DNA of 12,056 nt from an uncultured Anaerolineaceae bacterium (GTDB taxonomy: Bacteria > Chloroflexota > Anaerolineae > Aggregatilineales > Phototrophicaceae): NCBI GenBank assembly GCA_964552425.1, contig CAZKIB010000128.1, positions 1-12,056 on the forward strand, written 5' to 3'. Below the pieces are notes generated by a model. The model saw only the letters and a program-made list of their open reading frames with translations. It had not been told where the DNA came from and did not search any database. Position 1 is the stretch's first letter. Each line of letters starts with the position of its first letter. The position numbers were made by a program, and so were the translations under genes. Shown here piece by piece: positions 7,642-12,056 of the stretch.

Positions 7642-8991
7642 ATGGACTTCAACCTTCTTCGGACAACCACAGAACTCGCCATTCGCTACCTCGACGGGCT
7701 GAATGAACGCGGCGTTGCGCCAACCGATGCGGCACTGGCACGGCTGACCGAGTTGGGCGGGCCGTTCCCGGATATGCCCACCGACCCGATGCAGGTCATC
7801 ACGCTGCTTAACGAGGTGGGATCACCAGCTACCGTTGCTACCGCAGGCAGTCGCTATTTCGGGTTTGTCATTGGCGGCGCTTTACCGGCGTCGCTGGCTG
7901 CGAACTGGCTGGCCGGGGCATGGGATCAGATGGCCGGGCTGTACGTTTCTTCGCCTGTCAGCGCGGAGCTTGAAGAAACTGCCCGACGCTGGCTGCTGGA
8001 CGCGCTGACGCTGCCGCCGGATGCCGAAATCGGCTTTGTGACCGGTGCAACAATGGCAAATTTCACCGGGTTGGCAGCAGCCCGACATGCTTTGTTGAAG
8101 CGTGCAGGATGGGATGTCGAAGCAGATGGTCTGTTTGATGCGCCGCCTGTCACCGTGGTGGTCGGTGATGAGGTTCACGCCAGCCTGTTGAAAGCCCTCA
8201 GCCTGCTGGGGTTTGGCCGGAACCGGGTGGTGCGCGTGCCTACCGATGACCAGGGTCGCATGATGCCGGACAAGCTTCCACCGCTTGATAACTCAACCCT
8301 CCTTTGCATCCAGGCTGGAAATGTCAATACCGGGGCGTTCGACCCCACAGACATTCTTTGTGATCGCGCGCACGAGGCCGGGGCATGGGTCCATGTGGAT
8401 GGCGCGTTTGGCCTGTGGCTGGCGGCCAACTCGCAGCGTACTCATCTCACGGCGGGCACTGCCAAAGCCGACTCCTGGGCGCTTGACGCACACAAGTGGC
8501 TGAATGTGCCTTATGACAGCGGCCTGGCGATCTGCCGCAGTCCCCAGGATTTGCGGGCCGCCATGTCCACCAGTGCCAGTTACCTGCTGGAAAGCGAACA
8601 ACGTGACCCCTTCCAGTTTACGCCGGAATTATCAAGACGGGCACGCGCTGTTGAAATCTGGGCGGCGCTCCTCTCACTGGGCCGTTCCGGGCTGGCCGAC
8701 CTGCTTGAACGCACCTGCCAACTGGCGGAGCGGTTTGCGAACGGGCTACGGGCCGCCGGTTATGACATCCTGAACGAAGTGGTTGCCAATCAGGTGCTGG
8801 TTTCCTTTGGCAATGCCGATACCACCCGGCGGGTGATCGCCGCAGTCCAGCAGGAGGGGACCTGCTGGTGCGGGAGTACCGTCTGGCATGGGCACATAGC
8901 CATGCGCATCAGTGTCTCCAGCTGGGCCACGACCGAAGCCGATGTGGATTGCAGCCTGGACGCAATGATCCGCATCGCACGAGCCGGATAA
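7642..8991 (+). CDS. PLP-dependent group II decarboxylase (aspartate aminotransferase fold type I family); substrate unknown
   Basis: 449 aa with DAHKWLNVPYDSG, matching the PLP-lysine region of DOPA/tyrosine/glutamate decarboxylase-type enzymes (cf. NPHKWLLVNFDCS). RBS GAAGGA eight nt upstream. Lies 51 nt downstream of hisS with no intervening terminator, so possibly co-transcribed. Confidence 0.88.
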   Translation: MDFNLLRTTTELAIRYLDGLNERGVAPTDAALARLTELGGPFPDMPTDPMQVITLLNEVGSPATVATAGSRYFGFVIGGALPASLAANWLAGAWDQMAGLYVSSPVSAELEETARRWLLDALTLPPDAEIGFVTGATMANFTGLAAARHALLKRAGWDVEADGLFDAPPVTVVVGDEVHASLLKALSLLGFGRNRVVRVPTDDQGRMMPDKLPPLDNSTLLCIQAGNVNTGAFDPTDILCDRAHEAGAWVHVDGAFGLWLAANSQRTHLTAGTAKADSWALDAHKWLNVPYDSGLAICRSPQDLRAAMSTSASYLLESEQRDPFQFTPELSRRARAVEIWAALLSLGRSGLADLLERTCQLAERFANGLRAAGYDILNEVVANQVLVSFGNADTTRRVIAAVQQEGTCWCGSTVWHGHIAMRISVSSWATTEADVDCSLDAMIRIARAG

Positions 8992-9105
8992 TCCGCCTGT
9001 GCCCCCCAATGATTGGGGGATTCGGGGGCAGGCTTTCGGGCGTAAGATGAGATTTATCGTTCAGTAGTGGGGGTATTAAGTCCCTCGTGAAAGGCGGTAA
9101 ATTTC

Positions 9106-10953
9106 GTGTTCGATCTTATGGTACTGGGTGTTCTTGCAGTGGGCCTGCTGGTCATGCTGGTGATTTTGCCCAGTGTCACATTGGGATTGGTTATCATCAG
9201 TGAGCGGCAGGTGGGCGTGGTCGTCAAGAAGTTCGACCTGAACCGCCGTTCGCTGGAACCGGGCAAGCTGATTGCCCTCAATAAGGAACCGGGTTATCAG
9301 GCCGATACGCTGGCTCCTGGCTGGCATCTCGGTTACTGGCCCTGGATGTATACGATCATCAAAGCGCCGGTCACGGTCATTCCCCAGGGTGAAATCGGCC
9401 TGGTAGTCGCCAATGACGGCGCGGCCATCCCGTCCAACCGTATTCTGGGCGAGATTGTCGAATCCGACAATTTCCAGAATGCGCGCCAGTTCCTGCTCAA
9501 CGGTGGTCAGAAAGGCCGCCAGCTTGGCATCCTCACCGCCGGTACCTACCGCATCAATACGGCGCTGTTTTCCATTATCACCGCAGCAGACGCCGAAGAT
9601 CATGATATGTCGCCGGATCAACTGAAGGTCTATCAGGTCGCGCCGGATATGGTCGGCATCGTCACCACGCTGGACGGTGAACCGATTGCCGAAGGTGAGA
9701 TCGCCGGTCTGTACATGGACAACCATGAGAACTTCCAGAACGCGCAGGCATTCATCGACGGCGGCGGCAAACGCGGTCTTCAGGAGCAGGTGCTGCTGTC
9801 CGGTTCATGGAACCTGAACCCCTGGTTTGTGAACGTCGAGCAGGTTCCCATGACGGCTATCCCGATTGGTTATGTCGGTGTGGTCATCTCGTACATCGGC
9901 AAGGCGCATGAGGACATCAGCGGTGTGGAGTTCAAGCATGGCGATCTGGTGAATACCGGGCACAAGGGTGTGTGGGCCATCCCGCTGCACCCCGGCAAAC
10001 ACCCTATCAACACGCGGGTGATGCGTGTTGAACTCGTTCCGACCACCAACATTGTCCTCAACTGGGCGAGCCGCACCGAAGCGCACAATTACGATAACAA
10101 GCTGTCGTCCATCACCGTGCGTTCCAGTGATGGGTTCGGGTTTTCGCTGGATGTCTCGCAGATCATCCACATCGGGATGCTGGAAGCGCCCAAGGTGATT
10201 TCGCGGGTCGGTTCGGTGCAGAATCTGGTTGATCATGTCTTACAGCCAATTGTCGGCAACTACTTCCGCAACGCGGCGCAAACCTATACCGTTCTGGATT
10301 TCCTGATCGCCCGCAGCGAACGGCAGGCAGAAGCCGCCTCGCACATCGCCAAAGCGCTGCGCGCCTACGATGTGGAAGCCATTGATACCCTCATCGGCGA
10401 CATCAACCCGCCAGAGAAACTGATGGTGACACTGACAGATCGCAAGATCGCCGAGGAGCAGCGCAAGACCTATCAGGTGCAGCAGGCCGCGCAGGAACAG
10501 CGCCAACTGCTGGTGCGTGAAACGGCTCAGGCCGATATTCAGCAGGAGATGGTCAAGGCGGAACGCAGTGTCAGCATCGCAGAGATGCACGCCCAGGCCG
10601 AAATTCAGCGGGCTACCGGCGAGGCCGAAGCGGTGCGTCTGATGGCGCAGGGTGAAGCCGAGTCGATCCGTGCGAAGGGTGAAGCCCAGGCCGAAGCCTA
10701 CCGCGCCGGCGCGGAAGCGATGGGCGCAGAAGGCTACACTGCTGTGCAGTTGATGCAGGTCGTCGGTCAGAACAGCATCCGCATCATCCCGGAAATTCTG
10801 GTCGGTAGCGAGGGCAAAGGCAGCATCGCCGAAGCGCTGCTCGGCGTTCTGCTCCAGCAGCAGTTGAAGATGCAGCAGCAGCCCGCCGCGCATAACGGGC
10901 ACAACCCTGCGTCTCCGGCGCTTGTCGCCAGTGATACGCAACCCACAGAGTAA
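9106..10953 (+). CDS. Flotillin-family SPFH/band-7 membrane protein (YqiK/FloT-like)
   Basis: 615 aa. N-terminal TM helix followed by ISERQVGVVVKKF (start of the SPFH domain), an internal flotillin-type region and a C-terminal Ala/Glu/Gln-rich coiled-coil (EAEAVRLMAQGEAESIRAKGEAQAEAYRAG). GTG start at 9106 with AAAGG about ten nt upstream; the alternative ATG at 9118 lacks an RBS. Confidence 0.88.
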   Translation: MFDLMVLGVLAVGLLVMLVILPSVTLGLVIISERQVGVVVKKFDLNRRSLEPGKLIALNKEPGYQADTLAPGWHLGYWPWMYTIIKAPVTVIPQGEIGLVVANDGAAIPSNRILGEIVESDNFQNARQFLLNGGQKGRQLGILTAGTYRINTALFSIITAADAEDHDMSPDQLKVYQVAPDMVGIVTTLDGEPIAEGEIAGLYMDNHENFQNAQAFIDGGGKRGLQEQVLLSGSWNLNPWFVNVEQVPMTAIPIGYVGVVISYIGKAHEDISGVEFKHGDLVNTGHKGVWAIPLHPGKHPINTRVMRVELVPTTNIVLNWASRTEAHNYDNKLSSITVRSSDGFGFSLDVSQIIHIGMLEAPKVISRVGSVQNLVDHVLQPIVGNYFRNAAQTYTVLDFLIARSERQAEAASHIAKALRAYDVEAIDTLIGDINPPEKLMVTLTDRKIAEEQRKTYQVQQAAQEQRQLLVRETAQADIQQEMVKAERSVSIAEMHAQAEIQRATGEAEAVRLMAQGEAESIRAKGEAQAEAYRAGAEAMGAEGYTAVQLMQVVGQNSIRIIPEILVGSEGKGSIAEALLGVLLQQQLKMQQQPAAHNGHNPASPALVASDTQPTE

Positions 10954-10966
10954 TTCATTCGATTGC

Positions 10967-10997
10967 CAGGTGCAGGGGACTGTCAACCCTGCACCTG
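10967..10997. terminator. Perfect 11-bp inverted repeat (caggtgcaggg / ccctgcacctg, 9-nt loop) between the convergent flotillin and FAD-oxidoreductase genes; possible bidirectional terminator
   Basis: Seen directly in the sequence. Overlaps the stop codon of the minus-strand gene (10983-10985). No clear T-run on either side, so the terminator function is uncertain. Confidence 0.3.
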
Positions 10998-12056
10998 TGC
11001 TGCGCTTCCCGTCACACGCGCCAGCACCTCCGCCACTTCAGCATAATTCACATCCTGCGGCAGGCGCCCACTCAGGGCAGCCAATGCGCCACACGCCCCG
11101 GCGGATTGACCCATTGCCACCGCATTGCCGGTCACACGGTAGCTGGCATGGGCAATAAAATCCCCGCTGATGCAGCGCCCCGCCATCATCAGGCCGTCCA
11201 CGTCACGAGCAATCAGGGCACGCAGCGGAATATCGTAGGGCTGTGCAGTGCCACCCTCACGGCTGTAACTTTTGTCTTTGCTCTTATCCGTCGAATGCAC
11301 ATCCACCGGGAAAGTCACCCGCGCGACGGAATCCGTATGCTGCGCGCCTTCAATCAGATCATCGCGTGTCACGGTATAGCGCCCATGCACCCGCCGCCCT
11401 TCGCGCACCCCAATCTGTTCTCCAGTCGCCACAATGCGCAGACCACCCCAGATGCCCCCTAACCCGCGCAGCGCATTCACCGCCCGGTGCAGTTCCCCCC
11501 GCGCGCGAAGGGTCGCCTGCGAAATCGCTCTGGCATCATCACAGCGCACCCCGTATTCGTGATTAAGCGCCATCACGAACAGATTATCATAGATACGCAT
11601 CAGGCAGGGTTTGGTGTAGGAAATTTCGACTCCGCCGCGCCGAATCTCTGCCAGCAGGCGCTGTTTGGGTGGGTTCAACCCGGCGTGCCATTCCGTAACA
11701 TAGGGTTCTACCGCAGTGGCTTCGATACCCGTCACCAGCATCATAAGCGTCATCGGCTGAATCTGCCCGGTATCAGGCCGGCCCATCTCAAAACCACAGC
11801 CAAGCTGCGCGGCCAGATCGCCATCGCCCGTACAGTCGATAAACACTTTCGCGGTCCAGGCTTCCCGCCCGGATTTCGACTCGGTAATGACAAACGCCGC
11901 CCGGTTATGTGCATCTTTCGCCGCCGTGACCACCCGCGTATGCAGTCGCACGTCGACACCCGCGCCAGCACATAGTTCTTCCAGCAGCAGCTTCATCGCT
12001 TCCGGGTCATAGCTGAAATCGCGCTCCAGGTCCTTGCCGCGATAGAGCGGTTCGGC
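10983..12056 (-). CDS. FAD-dependent oxidoreductase (FAD_oxidored/pfam12831-like), C-terminal part; N-terminus lies beyond the window end
   Basis: The ORF is open from the window edge (RC of 11997-12056 reads AEPLYRGKDLERDFSYDPEAMKLL, in frame with MKLLLEEL...). Contains CTGDGDLAAQLGCGFEMG, typical of this FAD-oxidoreductase family. Convergent with the flotillin gene. Confidence 0.82.
   Translation of the reverse strand, partial: AEPLYRGKDLERDFSYDPEAMKLLLEELCAGAGVDVRLHTRVVTAAKDAHNRAAFVITESKSGREAWTAKVFIDCTGDGDLAAQLGCGFEMGRPDTGQIQPMTLMMLVTGIEATAVEPYVTEWHAGLNPPKQRLLAEIRRGGVEISYTKPCLMRIYDNLFVMALNHEYGVRCDDARAISQATLRARGELHRAVNALRGLGGIWGGLRIVATGEQIGVREGRRVHGRYTVTRDDLIEGAQHTDSVARVTFPVDVHSTDKSKDKSYSREGGTAQPYDIPLRALIARDVDGLMMAGRCISGDFIAHASYRVTGNAVAMGQSAGACGALAALSGRLPQDVNYAEVAEVLARVTGSAAQVQG

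Overview
High-GC (about 60-63%) bacterial chromosomal segment carrying eight protein-coding genes; it looks like ordinary housekeeping and envelope-gene content rather than a mobile or defence island. From the start of the window: two tandem minus-strand paralogues of PMT/ArnT-type GT-C membrane glycosyltransferases (the first runs off the window start; the second carries an extra roughly 230-aa soluble C-terminal domain); a minus-strand membrane-anchored HdrDE/DsrMK-like iron-sulfur reductase (cytochrome-b-like membrane domain, two 4Fe-4S ferredoxin motifs, two CCG domains; Rv0338c-like architecture); an AT-richer divergent intergenic region; a DinB/YfiT-family protein (+) followed by an intrinsic terminator; histidyl-tRNA synthetase hisS (+); a PLP-dependent group-II decarboxylase (+); a flotillin/SPFH protein (+); and a convergent FAD-dependent oxidoreductase (-) that runs off the window end. 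The most interesting non-annotated signal sits upstream of hisS: a sigma70-like promoter, a 13-codon leader ORF with four consecutive His codons (MFFHHHHSQEKYS), then a GC-rich hairpin plus T-run. That is the arrangement of a his-operon-type ribosome-mediated attenuator, here apparently controlling the histidyl-tRNA synthetase gene. The long antisense ORFs (up to 716 aa) overlapping every real gene are interpreted as high-GC artefacts. No tRNA, rRNA, CRISPR array or mobile-element signature was seen.
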